A stretch of 60,554 nucleotides of DNA, the filler included, from Basidioascus undulatus (taxonomy: Eukaryota): NCBI GenBank assembly GCA_000826855.1. It is 10 parts of 10 records of this genome, joined end to end, with 100 filler letters (N's around TTAATTAATTAA, not from the genome) between each part and the next. Parts side by side here need not be neighbours in the genome. Positions count along the whole stretch, not along the records: positions 12,161 to 18,133 come from JTLS01001832.1; positions 18,234 to 24,204 come from JTLS01001833.1; positions 24,305 to 30,274 come from JTLS01001834.1; 7 more parts are not named here. One strand, written 5' to 3'. Positions 12,061 through 25,072 of the stretch are shown piece by piece (the first letter of the stretch is position 1; each line of letters starts with the position of its first letter). The translations under genes and the position numbers were made by a program. Below the pieces are notes generated by a model, which was not told where the DNA came from, did no database searches, and worked only from the letters and a program-made list of their open reading frames with translations.

Positions 12061-12160
12061 NNNNNNNNNNNNNNNNNNNNNNNNNNNNNNNNNNNNNNNN
12101 NNNNTTAATTAATTAANNNNNNNNNNNNNNNNNNNNNNNNNNNNNNNNNNNNNNNNNNNN
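12061..12160. other. Artificial contig spacer
   Basis: N44-TTAATTAATTAA-N44. Confidence 0.99.
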
Positions 12161-14366
12161 CTCCCCCTCCTCCGGGATAGTAGCCGCCTGTGCAGCGGCC
12201 TCCTGCGCGGCTTTGCGCCTCTTGGCCGCGCTCTCCTTGAGCTTCTCCCAGCGGTCTTTGTACTTGCCGAGAAGGACTTTCTGATTTCGTGTGGGGGTGT
12301 GTCAGGAAAGCAAAAGAAAGAGAGAGAGCGAATGGGAAGGAGGAGATAGAGGGGACATGGGGGAAGGGTAAGAGGGATGACGGACCTGCTTCTCGTTCTC
12401 CAGCTTCACAGCGCGGAGCTCGTCCTCGAGTTGTCGGATGCGGGCTTGGACTGAAGAGGAGGGAGCTTCGAAACGGGCAGAAGCAGGATGTCAGCAAGAT
12501 GCCCCCTGGAAGGGCATTGAGAGGAGAAGACGTACGCATCGACGCCTCCGGCATGTGCGCTGAAGACGCGGACACCGGGGACGGCTGTTGAGGTGCGCGC
12601 ATCGTCGACTTGCGCATTTCTTGGGAGGCGGCCATCATTCGCTGGGCCTTTAACCCACCCCCACACGCTTTCAGATCAGTCTCGGTGCCCCGAAAAAAGC
12701 ACAGACGCAGGACGGAGGAAGAGGACGAGGAAGGAAACGTGGAAAGGGGGGAAATAAGTGGCTACCTCCTTCCGCACGTCGCTCCCAAACTTGAGGATGC
12801 TCCCCTTGAGCGCCTCGTGCGCGCGATCGCGTTTCTCGTACTCGAGCAGCCTGCACGCCATCCCGTCCACCGTCGCCTTGAGCTGCGCGTTCTCGAGCGA
12901 GAGCTCCTCGAGCGTTTTGCCGCTGTCGTTCCACCCCGCCCAGCCCTCTTCCCGTCTCAGCTCTTCTTCCTTTACCAAGGGGTTCCACGGTATGGAACGG
13001 GGGGCGGGAAGGAGGGCACAAACGGACCTGGGGGACCGCGAAGGGAAATTCGAGCGGCGGGCCACGGCGGAGCGGTGCTCGGCCTCGACCTCCGCGTCGG
13101 AGGGGTAGGGGCTCGAGCCGAGGAAGAGCGCGGTGGCGGTGGAGAGGAGGGATGTGCGCCGGGAGGTGGTGGAGGAGGGTGCGGGAGGGTGCGGGTGCGG
13201 GTGCGGGTGCGGGTCGGAGGTGGTGGGCTTGACGAGCTCGAAGGAGGAGTGGGGCGATTGGGGGGAGGAGGCTGGTGTAGGGAGTAGTGAGGTTGAGCGG
13301 AGATGAAGGAGAAAAAGACGGCGAGGGAGAAAGAGAAGATGAGGGGAAAGGAAAGGGGACGCACGTTTCGCAGGTGGGGGAGATGAAGGCCGAACGGGGT
13401 GCTGCCGCTGCCAGTCGTGTTCCCCGTCGAGCGGGGCGGTAGCGAACGCGACGGGGTTGCTGATCTGCTCGACCATCCCCTCGACGATGGCCCAGAAGCG
13501 GTTAAACGGGTCGGACGGGTCGCTCTGGTTCCCTCCCCCCCTGAATCAGACGTCGCCCTCTTCCTACACCCACACACACATCACACCGTGAGGCAACCCA
13601 CATCTGGCCGCAGAAGCATGTACGATTCGTCGACTGTCGGCTCGGAGGATGACGCCGAGTCGTGCAGCGCGCGCTGGCGGGATGCGGCGAGGGAGCGGGA
13701 GGAGCGCGGGGAAGAGGAGGTTGGGGATGCGGTTGGTGGGAAGGGCGCTTGATGGGCGGGGGGCGGGAGACTGGAGAAGGGGTAGGAGACGTGCGGGGCG
13801 GAGGAGGCTGTGGGAGATGGGGGTGTGAGGGAAGCGAGATGGAGTTTCTTCTCGATGAAGGACTCACCACTATAAGTTCCCTCCCTCCTAGACACCCTGT
13901 TCTTCCCAGATCCATCTGAAGACGCCTCGGGCACCCTCGCCAGCCGGCTCGGCCCCGTCGCCGCCGCCGCGCTCGCCGACGCAGCGGGAGGTATCGTCTC
14001 CCGCCTGCGGTGCTGCTGCTGGGGCGGTCTCGCCCCCGGCTCTCGATGCATCTGTGCGACCTTGCGCTGGAGCTCCTTGCCCTGCCTTGCATGATTCTGC
14101 GCGAGCATCTGGAGCGTGCGGGTCGTCTGTGTGCATCCCATCTCAACTCTCGTGAGTACGCTCAGGGGTCCAACGGGGGGGGGTATGGTGAGAGATCAGC
14201 AACGGACATCTGGATCTGTGACCCTCCGCCCGGCGTCCTCGAACGCCTGTGCGGCGCGGTAGTGGGCATCCATGGCCTTGTGCCAGAGCTCGCGTGAGGC
14301 GTAGTCGTCTGCGGAGTGCGCGTACGAATGTGCCAGGTTCAGCGGCGAGTCGGCGCTGTCCGCCAT
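12161..14366 (-). CDS. Atg38/NRBF2-like MIT-domain plus coiled-coil protein; 3' end runs off the contig
   Basis: N-terminus MADSADSPLNLAHSYAHSADD...AH.RAA resembles NRBF2 GPLNLAH; DPFNRFWAIVEGMVEQISNPVAFATAPL; KTLEELSLENAQLK; KYKDRWEKLKESA. Confidence 0.7.
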
Positions 14367-14650
14367 CGTCGCTCGTGTGTATGCGAGGGCGTTGTTAGGG
14401 ATGAGAGGTTTTATATGCAGAAATACGCTCCGATGCTAATAAAAATGAATTGAGATGCCAGAATCGCAGGATGCTGTGGTGATGGGCGATAGCATGACCC
14501 TTGGACGACGACCCGACCTGAGCGTGCGTGGGAATACCTGCTTGCTCAGCCGTTCGCGCGTCCAAGAAGTTTGGAAGCCGGCAAACTTCCCCTGCCTTGC
14601 CTGCTTCCTTTCTTGCAGCTTTCATATCCCTACGCTTTATTCCCTCAATC

Positions 14651-17491
14651 ATGCCCGGCCGTCGTTCGCGCAACAAGCAGGGCGACCCCGCGCCGCTCGA
14701 GCCCAAGCCCAACACCGCCACCGGCACCCGCGCCCAGAAGCGCAAGGCCAAGGAGGACGCCGTCAAGCCTGCGAAGAAGGTCAAGAAGGCCGCCCCTGCG
14801 CCCGCGCCCGCCCCTAAGGGCAAGGGCAAGGGCAAGGCGCTCAGCATGGAGGACGCCGAGGCGCTCCTCGCCCAGTTCGAGGGTGCCGCGGGCGCGCCGA
14901 AGCCGAAGAAGGCCAAGAAGGCCAAGGTCGTTCAGCCTGAGTGAGTGCGGCGGTTGGGATGGGGGAGTGTTGGGCGAGGAGGCTAAGTGTTGTGTGGGGT
15001 GGGCAGGCCTGAGTCTGAGTCTGAGGAGGAGGAGGAGATGGTCAGCGGGCAGGAGGATGATGAGGGCGAGTGGGAGTCGGACGAGGAGGGGCTCGACGCT
15101 CTGGACGGCTTGGAGGAGCTGGAGGACGACGAGTTCGAGTGCGTCTTTCCTCCCGCGCTCCATCAAATCCAGCATCTCACTCACACGCCTTATCTTTCAG
15201 CGTGGACGAGGACGATGAGGATGGCGAGGTGCGTGTCTTCTCCCGCAGCAGCAACTGCACAATCTGACAACCTGCCCTCTTCCATAGCGCCCCGCCGCGC
15301 AAGAGCTCGTCTTCTCCGACGAGGAGTCTTCCGAGGAGGACGAGGACGAGGACGAAGCGCCCGCAAAGTCTAACAAGCTCTCCGCCAAAAGGTCGCGTGC
15401 GCTCGAAGCCGCCGCCCTGCGTGAAGCCGCCGATGCCGAGGCCGAGTGCGTTCACACTTCTCTCCCCTTACCCCCACCACCCTCAACCCAAGCGACTCAG
15501 GACTGATAGCCTGGACGCTGGTTGCCCACAGACTGATCCGCACCAACATCGCCGGCGTCGCCCAGCCGGGGCACGAGGACGACGATGAGGACGACGACGA
15601 CTTTGTGCTGCCCACCGAGGAGGACAAGGCGCGGGAGGCGAAGGAGGGGCAGGACGCGCAGGTCGTCCATGGCCGGATCCGCGACATCGTGCGCGTCCTC
15701 GGCGACTTTAAGAGGTTCGGGTCCAAGACTCGGTGCGTCTTCGTCTTCCTCTTCTCTCTTAGCTGCACATCTAGCTCTCGCGCGCGCACGGTTGGCTGAT
15801 CTGGGGCTGTTTGTTGGATGGATGGACGAATGGGTGAGTTACAGGAGTCGCTCCGAGTACGTCACTCAGCTGCTGGAGGACATCGTGTCCTACTACGGGT
15901 ACACGCCCTTCCTCGCCGAGAAGCTCTTCCACCTCTTCAGCCCGGACGAGGCCATCTCGTTCTTCGACGCGAACGAGACGCCGCGCCCCGTCACGATCCG
16001 GACCAACACGCTCAAGACGCGCCGGCGCGACCTCGCGCAGAGCCTCATCAACCGCGGCGTGTCGCTCGAGCCCATCGGGAAGTGGACCAAGGTCGGCCTG
16101 CAGGTGTTCGAGAGCAGCGTGCCGATCGGTGGGTCTTCCTGTTCCGACCTTCCCTTCCTTCTTCCGTTTTCTTTCCCTTCGTGCTTCCGTTCTTCCCTTT
16201 CGTCCCTCCACTGTTCTGCTCTGTTTCTGCTCTGTTTCGTACCGAAGTGTGGAACTGACGCTTGGGCTCCCAACAGGCGCGACTCCCGAGTATCTCGCCG
16301 GGCACTACATGCTGCAGTCGCCCTCGTCCTTTTTGCCGGTCATCGCGCTCGCGCCGCAGCCGAACGAGCGCGTGCTTGACATGGCGTCCGCGCCGGGGGG
16401 CAAGACGACGTACATGTCCGCGCTGATGCAGAACACGGGGCTCGTCTTTGCGAACGACGCGAACAATGCGCGCACCAAGAGCTTGAGCGCGAACGTCCAC
16501 CGCCTCGGGTGCAAGAACGTCGTCGTGTGTAGCTATGACGGGAGGGAGTTCCCTAAGGTGCTGGGAGGGTTCGACCGAGTGTGAGTGTGCGCATTGGGAT
16601 GATCGCGGAGGGAGGCGAAGCTTACGGATGTTGGGGCTCGACAGTCTCCTTGACTCGCCTTGCTCGGGCACCGGCGTCGTCAGCAAGGACCAAAGCGTGA
16701 AGGTCAACAAGGTGTGCAACATCTTCTCCTGTCCCCACCTCCACCCTCCGCTCACTTCCCCGCCCCTTCCTTCCCTCCCCGCAGACTGAGCGCGACTTTG
16801 CGCTCCTCTCGCACCTCCAAAAGCAGCTCATCCTCTGCGCGATCGACTCTGTGAACCCGAACTCTGCAACGGGCGGGTACCTCGTGTACTCGACGTGCTC
16901 GGTGACGGTCGACGAGAACGAGGCCGTCGTCGAGTACGCGCTCAAGAAGCGCCCGCACGTCAAGCTCGTCCCCGCCGGGCTCGAGTTTGGCGTCGAGGGC
17001 TTCACGAGCTTCCGGGGGAAGAAGTTCAACGCCGACATGCACCTCACTAGGCGGTTCTACCCGCACGTGCACAACATGGAGGGGTGCGTTGCTTTCTTCT
17101 TCCCGTTCCCGCATTTCCTTGACTGTAACCCGAATCGCTCCGCCACAGATTCTTTGTCGCCAAGCTCAAGGTCGGGAAGCGGCAGAAGAAGACGACCCCG
17201 GCGAAGGACGAGGTGGAGCCGGGTCTCGTTGGGATCGAGGGCGAGGAGGGCGGCGACGACGCGGCGGACGAGGCGGGCGATGTCACGTTCAACGACGAGG
17301 AGGACCAGAAGCTCATCGAGGGTGCGTCAGCGCTTCCACTCCCCCTTCCCTTCCCCTCTCCTTCAGCAATGGCTGACATTGGTGGATGTACGCCATCCCG
17401 AACAGACACCCGCCGCCGACAGCTCAAGGCCAAGGGCCTGCGCGTCCCGGCCAAGGGCAAGGGCGGCAAGCCCGCGGCGACGAAGGCTTGA
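14651..17491 (+). CDS. NOP2: 25S rRNA cytosine-C5-methyltransferase Nop2
   Basis: Acidic/basic N-terminus, [87 protein letters not shown]. Confidence 0.97.
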
Positions 17492-18133
17492 GGAGCGGAC
17501 CACTTGTTGCTCTGGGGTTGACGTCTTGCATGGTTTCGATTGTTCATTGCATCCATACCTTTCTGTTCGTGCAGAATGTCTGGAATGCGGAGTTCGCTGC
17601 CGGGCTAGATGGACATGGGCCATGCCATGCTACGATGCGAGTCGAGGGACATGGTCTACGTCCCAGGCTGCGCATTTTCTAAGATCAAACCCCACTTGGT
17701 GAACGCGTTTCTCATTGAGGCGACAATGGTGGACAGATTCATCAGTGTCGCGGCACAATGGGAAAGTCAAAGGTAACGCTGGTTTTCATTCCTCGTTTAT
17801 CGTCAACCTGCAGTCACACATGCAACGGCAAGCGGAAAGACAGCACATGGCTGACAAGATGCGCGAAAGGGTACGAATTACACGGTACATGCGGGTGTGA
17901 GTGGCTGAACATGGATGCAGGTTGACATGCGTATGGTATGCGACGGCGATGGGCGACCAACTAAACAGCGTGATGGAGATGTGTGTGCGGCGAAGGGACG
18001 CGAGAGAATGTAAGACCAAGAAGAGCGCATAGGGCGCTGGTTGTTGCGAGAGAAACGGAAATTGAGCTGCGATGCGCGATGCGGCCCCCAAAGGGACCTA
18101 GTAGTCCTCGTCCCGCTTCTCCCCCCCCCCCCC

Positions 18134-18233
18134 NNNNNNNNNNNNNNNNNNNNNNNNNNNNNNNNNNNNNNNNNNNNTTAATTAATTAANNNNNNNNNNN
18201 NNNNNNNNNNNNNNNNNNNNNNNNNNNNNNNNN
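18134..18233. other. Artificial contig spacer
   Basis: N44-TTAATTAATTAA-N44. Confidence 0.99.
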
Positions 18234-18286
18234 CCTTTTGACCGTTTTCATACGAAAACTCAACCTCCTAGAACTTTGTCGCCTAG

Positions 18287-19258
18287 TTAATCGCCGCCTC
18301 CTCCGCGCACACGCGCCCCCTCCTCGCGACAGCCTGCAAAGCGACCTCCGCCACGCACGCCGTCCTCCGGATCTTCGACGTCGCCCGCGCCATCGCCGTG
18401 GGGCAGCCCCTCCCCGGCCACACGCTAACCGTCACCCGCATCCGGTGGAGCGCGGACGATAAGCTTGTGTTGAGCGTGTCGAGGGACCGGACGTGGAGGC
18501 TATTTGAGGCGGATGGGGAGGGCGGTGAGTTTGGGTGCGGGTAAGGGGAGAGGTGGGAGGTACTGATGAGGATGGGGAGGGTAGGGTTTAGGCCGGTCGC
18601 GGCGGAGAAGGCGCATGCGCGGATTGTTTGGGACTGCGCGTTCGCGCCGGATGGGGAGGGGTTTGCGACGGCTTCGCGGGACAAGACGGTACGCCGTCAA
18701 TGCTTAGTCTGAATTGCTGAGTCGAAGCTTACGTGGAATTTTTGTTTTGCTTTTTTTGGTGTAGGTCAAGGTCTGGCGCCGCGCCGACCCGCAGTCGAAT
18801 GCGAAGTGGGACTGCGTCGCGACGCTCAAGCTGGCCGAGGCGGCGACGGCGGTGGACTTTGCGCCGGAGTGGGCGAGCGAGAAGTGAGCTTTCCTCCCTC
18901 CATCTTACATTCTTCAGTTTGGGTCTGATGCTGAGTTTGATTGCAAGCAGGCTAGTCCTCGCTGTGGGGCTCGAGAACGGGGAGATCAACATCTACTCCG
19001 CCTCGCGGTCGGAGCCGGCGGACTGGCGCCTCGATTTGCGGCTGGACTCGAGGTTCGTCTTCGTCTTCCTTCCTATCTTATTCTCTTTCTCATTCGCGGA
19101 TGAATGGGGGGGGTTGCAGCGTCGCCCACGTCGAGCACGTCTACCAGGTCGCCTGGCGGAGGGCGCACGCGCCCGGCGCGCCCCGGCCGGACAGGCTCCA
19201 GCTTGCGAGCTGCAGCGAGGACCGGTCGGTTCGGGTGTTTGATGTCGTGCTGCCTTGA
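18287..19258 (+). CDS. ELP2: Elongator subunit Elp2 (WD40), 3' part
   Basis: ATACKATSATHAVLRIFD, GHTLTVTRIRWS..LSVSRDRTWRLF, AHARIVWDCAFAP..FATASRDKTVKVW, LAVGLENGEI, LASCSEDRSVRVF. Confidence 0.92.
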
Positions 19259-19498
19259 TTATTAGACGAATGTGCTTGCCTGTCACCTTGCTTCAACTTT
19301 CAACTGTTTGGCGGTGGACGAGCGAGCGCTTGCGGACGTTCGATCCCCCGGCAGCTCGGCAGACCTCCACCCCATTGCGGACGCCCCCTTCGCACGTCAT
19401 CTCGCCTTCGCGCTCGCTCAGTCTCTCGATCATCTTGACCTCCTTCTCACAACAACCACCAACTACCAGCTCACACAAACGACCTAAGAAAGGGACTA

Positions 19499-21540
19499 AT
19501 GATGTCCGAGAAGTCCACGCTCCCCGTCGTCCTCGGCGCGATGACCTTTGGCGAGGAGGGCAAGGAGCAGGTGCGCCCCTTGCTTCGATCGCTTCGCTTC
19601 GCGTCGCATCGTCTTGGGTGGGGAATGGTAACTGATCATAGTGGGGTGGGGATTGGGTTAGGCCCGCGTGCATGACCTCAAGAAGGTGCAGGAGATCATC
19701 GATATCTTCAAGAATTATGGGCACAAGGAGATCGACACTGCGCGGTGCGTCTTTCCCCGTTCCCCATCCCCTATCGCCTCCTTCCCTGCATGCTGAGTCC
19801 GCATGAGGGGCCTCCAGCATGTATGGCGCCGGCACCTCCGAAGTCTACCTCGGCAAGGTTCGTCCCTCGTCCCTCCCCCCAACTCCTCCCACTTAACTCC
19901 CCCACCTCCAGCTCGAGATCCCCAAGCAAGGTCTCCAACTCTCCTCCAAGATTTTCCCCTTCACCCCCGCGCAGCTGGGCGGGATCGGCGGATCCGCGAC
20001 GCGCGCGATCCGCCACACGCGCGCCGACATCCGCGAGCAGCTCGAGATTAGCCTGAAGAACTTGGGGGTCGGGAAGTTGAAGATCTGGTGCGTCTTCGGT
20101 CGGAAGGGAGGGGAAGAAGGAGGGGGGTGCTGAGAGGGCGCGGGAATAGGTACCTCCATGCACCCGACCGCGAGACGCCGTTTGAGGAGACGCTGAAGGC
20201 GGTCGATGAGCTGTATCGGGAGGGGAAGTTCGAGATCGTGTGTTGCTTCTTCCTTTCCGCCCGTTCACTGTCATCTGTGTCTGAACACCCATTCCGCACA
20301 CGCAGTTCGGTATCTCCAACTACGCTTCGTGCGTCCGCCTTGTGAACTGAGAGGACAGTTATGGCTTGGATTCCTGATATGAGGTGTCGGCGGCGTAGCT
20401 GGGAAGTCGCGGAGCTCGTCACTCTCGCGCGTGCGAACGGGTGGGTCGAGCCGAAGGTATACCAGGGTCCGTCTTCCGTCCTCCGTCCTCCCTCATCTCC
20501 TCCTCTTCCTCCGCCCCCGCCTCCTTCTCCCTGTTCCACGGCTGAATGTGTGTGTGCGCAACTGAATAGGCGTCTACAACGCCATCCACCGCGGCATCGA
20601 GCCCGAGCTGATCCCCGCCCTGCGCAAGTACGGCATAAGCTTCTACGCTTACAACCCTCGTGCGTTGCCTCCCTCTTCTCTTTTCCCCCGGCCCCGCCCT
20701 TCCGCCCCTTACTTTCTCCCTCAATTACAGTGGGCGGTGGGTTCTTCACGGGCAAGGACTACAAGATGGACGTGCGTCGGATCTGGATGAGCTGGCCGTG
20801 CAAGGCGGGGTGCGCGGGCTTACTGTGGGCGGTCGTGGACACTGACAGTCCCAAGTCGAGGCTGGATCGCGGTTCGACCCTAACCGCGCACAGGGGAAGC
20901 AGTACCGCGCAAGGTACTGGAATCAGGTCTGTTTCCCTTCCCATTTCTCCCGTTACCCCCTTCCCTCCCTCTCCCTCTGCCCTTTCCCCGCCTCGTGAGA
21001 CTGACGCTGTTCCGTGTGGGGACAGGCCTACTTCGACGCGCTCGAAAAGGTCCGCCCTGTCGTGGAGAAGCATGGGCTGACGCTCGGGGAGGTGCGTTGC
21101 CCTCTTTCCTCCCTCTTGCACTAACCAGATAGTTGGGGATGCTGAGGAGCTGACACGATGATGTGATGGGTGGGGGGTTGAAGACTGCGATTCGCTGGAT
21201 CTCGCACCACTCTGCGCTCAAGCGCGAGCACGGCGACTCGGTTATTATTGGCGCGTCGTCGACGAATCATATTGAGGAGAACTTAAAGGTGCGTCTTCTC
21301 CCTCTTGTCCCTCTTCCCCGCTCCTTCTCCCTCTTCTCCCGTCCCCCCTTTCTCCCTTTCCCTGTTGCTGTCCCTTTATCTTTTTTTTTCTGGAGAGTGC
21401 GAGGTAGGAACTAAGCTGACATCGCTATGGGGTGGGGTGCACAGGACTTTGAGAAGGGCCCGCTGCCCGAGGAGATCGTCCAGGTCCTCGACGAGGCGTG
21501 GGAGATTGCGAAGCCGTTCGCTAACAACTATTTCCGATGA
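19499..21540 (+). CDS. Aldo-keto reductase, aflatoxin B1 aldehyde reductase (AKR7)-like
   Basis: LGAMTFG, EIDTARMYGAGTSE, YLHAPDRETPFEETL, FGISNY..WEVAE, YQGVYNAIHRGIEPEL, YNPLGGGFFTG, ALKREHGDSVIIGASS. Confidence 0.94.
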
Positions 21541-22266
21541 ACGACGCGTTGGGTAGATTGAATTAGAGGAAGCGGGGGACGAGGGCCGGAGAAGAACAAT
21601 GAAGCTCGATTAGACGAGAAGTGGCGGAGTCGCTGTTAGGTAGACGCATGCAGAGACTGCCGTCTGTTGAACGTTTATAAATGTCGTGTGTGATTAGCAA
21701 CTGCTTGCCGCAAAGTTTCTTTGGATGGAAGGAAACAGCGAGCGGGGTGTGCACATCCTGTTCGTGCAGTTGAGCGTGGAAGCCAGCCAAAGTTGTTTGG
21801 CGCGGAACCCAAGGAACCAGGAACATCTTCAATCACTGACAGTGTTGTGTGCCTGACATCTGACGGTGGAGTTCTTTTGGCGCCTTCTCTTCAACTCCTC
21901 CTCCTGGTCCTGGTGTCCAGCGTCTACAATTCACAAATCCACATTCGCTCCAGAATACTGCGCTGATGCTCGTGCCCGCACGCACCACCACCTCACTGAC
22001 TGCTCGACCGCTCTCCTTCGGCCAACCACTCACAGCGCGCCGACTGGCTCAGTCACGATGCGGGGTACCCCGCACGCGTCCCTGACTCTCTTCGCCTGCC
22101 TGGGCTCGTCCCACTTTTCGCTCCTGTTGGCCGACGGGAGATGAAAAGCCAGCGCAAGAAGCTTTTCCCTCTTCGCCCCACCTGCATTCGGCGCTTGATC
22201 CTTCATCCTCATCTTTCTCCCTCGTCCCCTCCTCCTCCCTCTTCTCGGTCCCTGAATTCACGTGCA

Positions 22267-24146
22267 ATGTCGAGCGCGTCGTCGTACACTGATGAGAAGC
22301 CCCGGTCCGCGTCCGCGAGCGTGAAGGACGTCGAGGTCGTGCAGGCGGCGGTGTTGGGCAAGACGGCGGAGAGGGACTATGCGGCCGAGCGGGTGATTAC
22401 GCGCAAGTTGGATCTACGGTTGATGTGAGTTGCGGGGCGGTCGTGGTGGGAAGGAGTCGATGATTGACTTTCTGGAGGGTTGACTGTGTCGTGGTGGTTG
22501 CGGACAGCCCGATGGCCTTCTTGATCCAGCTGCTTTGCTCCATTGACCGCGCTTCCATCGGTAATGCGGCTGTTGCGGGGTGCGTCTTCTTCCTCCTGCT
22601 CCCAGGTCTGCGTGAGGGCCAGGCTGATGAGCCTTTCACCACTAGGCTGCGGACCGACCTCAACCTGCAGGGATATGACCTGAACGTGCGTCTCGTATTT
22701 CTTGCTCTCCCGTTAGCGTATTCAGCGACTGACAGGACTTCCTTCTCTGCAGATCGCGCTTACCATCTTCTACGTGCGACTACGTTTTCACCGCTCCCAG
22801 GACAGAAGCATTGAAGACTGACATTCCAATCGGTTTGCAGATCGCCTTCACCCTCGTCGAGGTCCCCTCAAACCTCATCCTGCGCAAGATTGGCGCGCAC
22901 ATCTGGCTCGCGGTCCTGCTCGTCTCCTTCGGCGTGATCACCATGCTCACCGCGTGGGTGCACAACTTTGCGGGACTCATCGTCATCCGCATTGCGCTCG
23001 GTATCGCTGAGGTGCGTCTTCTTCATCTGCATATCTTCGCCGGAACGAGCTGTCGCTGACTGGCCTGACATGTGGGATCAAACAGGGTGGTGTCATGCCC
23101 GGCCTGGCGCTCTACCTCTCCCGCTTCTACCGGCGGGACGAGCTCGTCCTGCGCACGGGTCTCTTCGTCTCCGGCTCAGGCCTAGCCGGTGCGATCGGCG
23201 GTCTCCTGGCGTCCGGTCTCCTCTCCGTCGAGCGCATCGGCTCCCGCCACTCCTGGCAGCTGATCTTCCTGATCGAGGGGATCATCACGGCGGGGTGCGG
23301 TGTGCTCTCCCTCATCTTCCTCCCCTACCTCTTCCCCTCCGAGCCGGGCACTGCAAAGTTCCTCACACCGGAGGAGCGCGAGCTCGCTGTCCGCCGCATC
23401 CGCTCTGAGGCCGTCGGCGTCAAGGACCTCGTCGAGAAGACGGACTTCAAGCTCGTTTGGCGCGCGTTTGGGAACGCGAATGTCTGGTTCTGCGTGCTTG
23501 GCTTCACGCTCGGCCAGGTGTCTGTGCAGGGACTGTCGCTCTTCATGCCCTCCATCGTCCGCGCCATCTTCCCCAACCAGAGTGCGTCGCACCGTTTCCC
23601 TCTGAATTCAGCTCTCCCTCGCTCATATGTGTACCTGCTCCGTATCTAGCCACCGTCGGCATCCAGCTCCGCTCCTGCCCGCCCTTCTTCGTCGCCTGGC
23701 TCCTCTCCATCCTCGTCGCGTACATCGCCGACCGCGTCAACAAGCGCGGCGTCGTCATCATGGGCTGCGTGCCGCTTAGCATCATCGGGTGCGCTTTCTT
23801 TCCTCGATACGCTCTTCCGCAAGTAGCCTTGACGCTGATGAATTCTTTTTGTGGCAGGTACGCCGTCTTCGTCGGGACGACGAACGGCCCGGCGCGCTAC
23901 TGCGGCGCTTTCCTCGCCGCTGCGGGCATCTTCCCCCTTGGGTGCGTATTATCCCTTTTGCTGCGTTCCGCTCGGCTAACAGCCGCTGACGTATATTCTT
24001 TGTACAGTCCTATTTTCATCTCTTGGGGGTGCGCAAACACTTCTTTACCTTGCCTTTTGGAACGAGCTGATCGACGACCTTTCCCATCAGTGCGAGCAAC
24101 ACTGGCCCCGACACGACCCGCGCCGTGGCCACTGCACTCATCGTCG
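22267..24146 (+). CDS. MFS transporter, anion:cation symporter (Dal5/Tna1-like); 3' partial
   Basis: RKLDLRLM, IDRASIGNA, EVPSNL, RIALGIAEGG..PG...YLSRFYRRDEL..R, SWQLIFLIEG, AKFLTPEERELA. Confidence 0.93.
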
Positions 24147-24204
24147 GTAATGAATTTTGAGAAGATCTCACAAGAAGGGGCTTGAGCCTGGGGCATATCT
24201 GCTG

Positions 24205-24304
24205 NNNNNNNNNNNNNNNNNNNNNNNNNNNNNNNNNNNNNNNNNNNNTTAATTAATTAANNNNNNNNNNNNNNNNNNNNNNNNNNNNNNNNNNNNNNNN
24301 NNNN
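24205..24304. other. Artificial contig spacer
   Basis: N44-TTAATTAATTAA-N44. Confidence 0.99.
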
Positions 24305-24463
24305 GCTCCGCCAGCAGCAGCCACCGCCGGTATCGGGCATGTTCTTCCACCCTCACCACCGCGCCGTACCCGCACCCGCTCTACGCCCACCTCCACCCAC
24401 TCCACCCGCTCCGCCAGCAGCAGCCACCGCCGGTATCGGGCATGTTCTTCCACCCTCACCACC
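24305..24463. repeat. 56-bp direct repeat, two copies (24305-24360 and 24408-24463)
   Basis: gctccgccagcagcagccaccgccggtatcgggcatgttcttccaccctcaccacc occurs twice with a 103-bp period at the contig start. Confidence 0.9.
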
Positions 24464-25072
24464 ACCACCACCATCCGCAGCAGTAGCATCCGGGCGCGCT
24501 GGCGTCGTTGCAGCAGGGTTTGCCGCTGTAATCGAGACTGCTGGGGCCGCTTCTTCCTTTTTGTTAGGTTACGCACTACGGACTTGTAACGGCACTCACT
24601 AATTCTTGACATTTTACTTGGAACACTTCTCCCTTGCATGTGAGATATATTTTCGCATCCGCGCACTGCTCCCTTGCAAACCTTGCATCCGCATGCCATT
24701 CGTGGTTCTCTGGTCTTTGTCGGGCGTGTCGTGGGACTGCCCTCGCTTTCGTGGGCGTTGCTGGGCGTGCAAGCCCTGCCGGAGATTTCAGAAAGGACGG
24801 AGCATGGTGGTGACTCGGCGCCGCAGCCGTTGATCCTCACTGCCGCCAACGGTCCCGGACGCATTCTTTCGACCACATGTGGACTAACCGGCTGTTGTTG
24901 AACACAGAGCCAGACACGAGCACGCAGTAACAACTGATTTCCTGTCCGTCTTTGACGGTACAAATCAGCGCTGTCACATCGTAGGTTGCAGTCTTTCATC
25001 GAGTCGCAGAAAGCCTGTACATGACGTCACCCTAGTAAAATGCCCTGTATGCGGAAGATAGTGCGCTCCGTT

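Noticed and set aside
13186..13214. (GGGTGC)n repeat
   Set aside because: Simply encodes a Pro-His run in the Atg38-like protein; not telomeric
18287..24146. ELP2-AKR-MFS tandem as a functional cluster
   Set aside because: Ordinary unrelated neighbours with no biosynthetic core enzyme or shared pathway evidence
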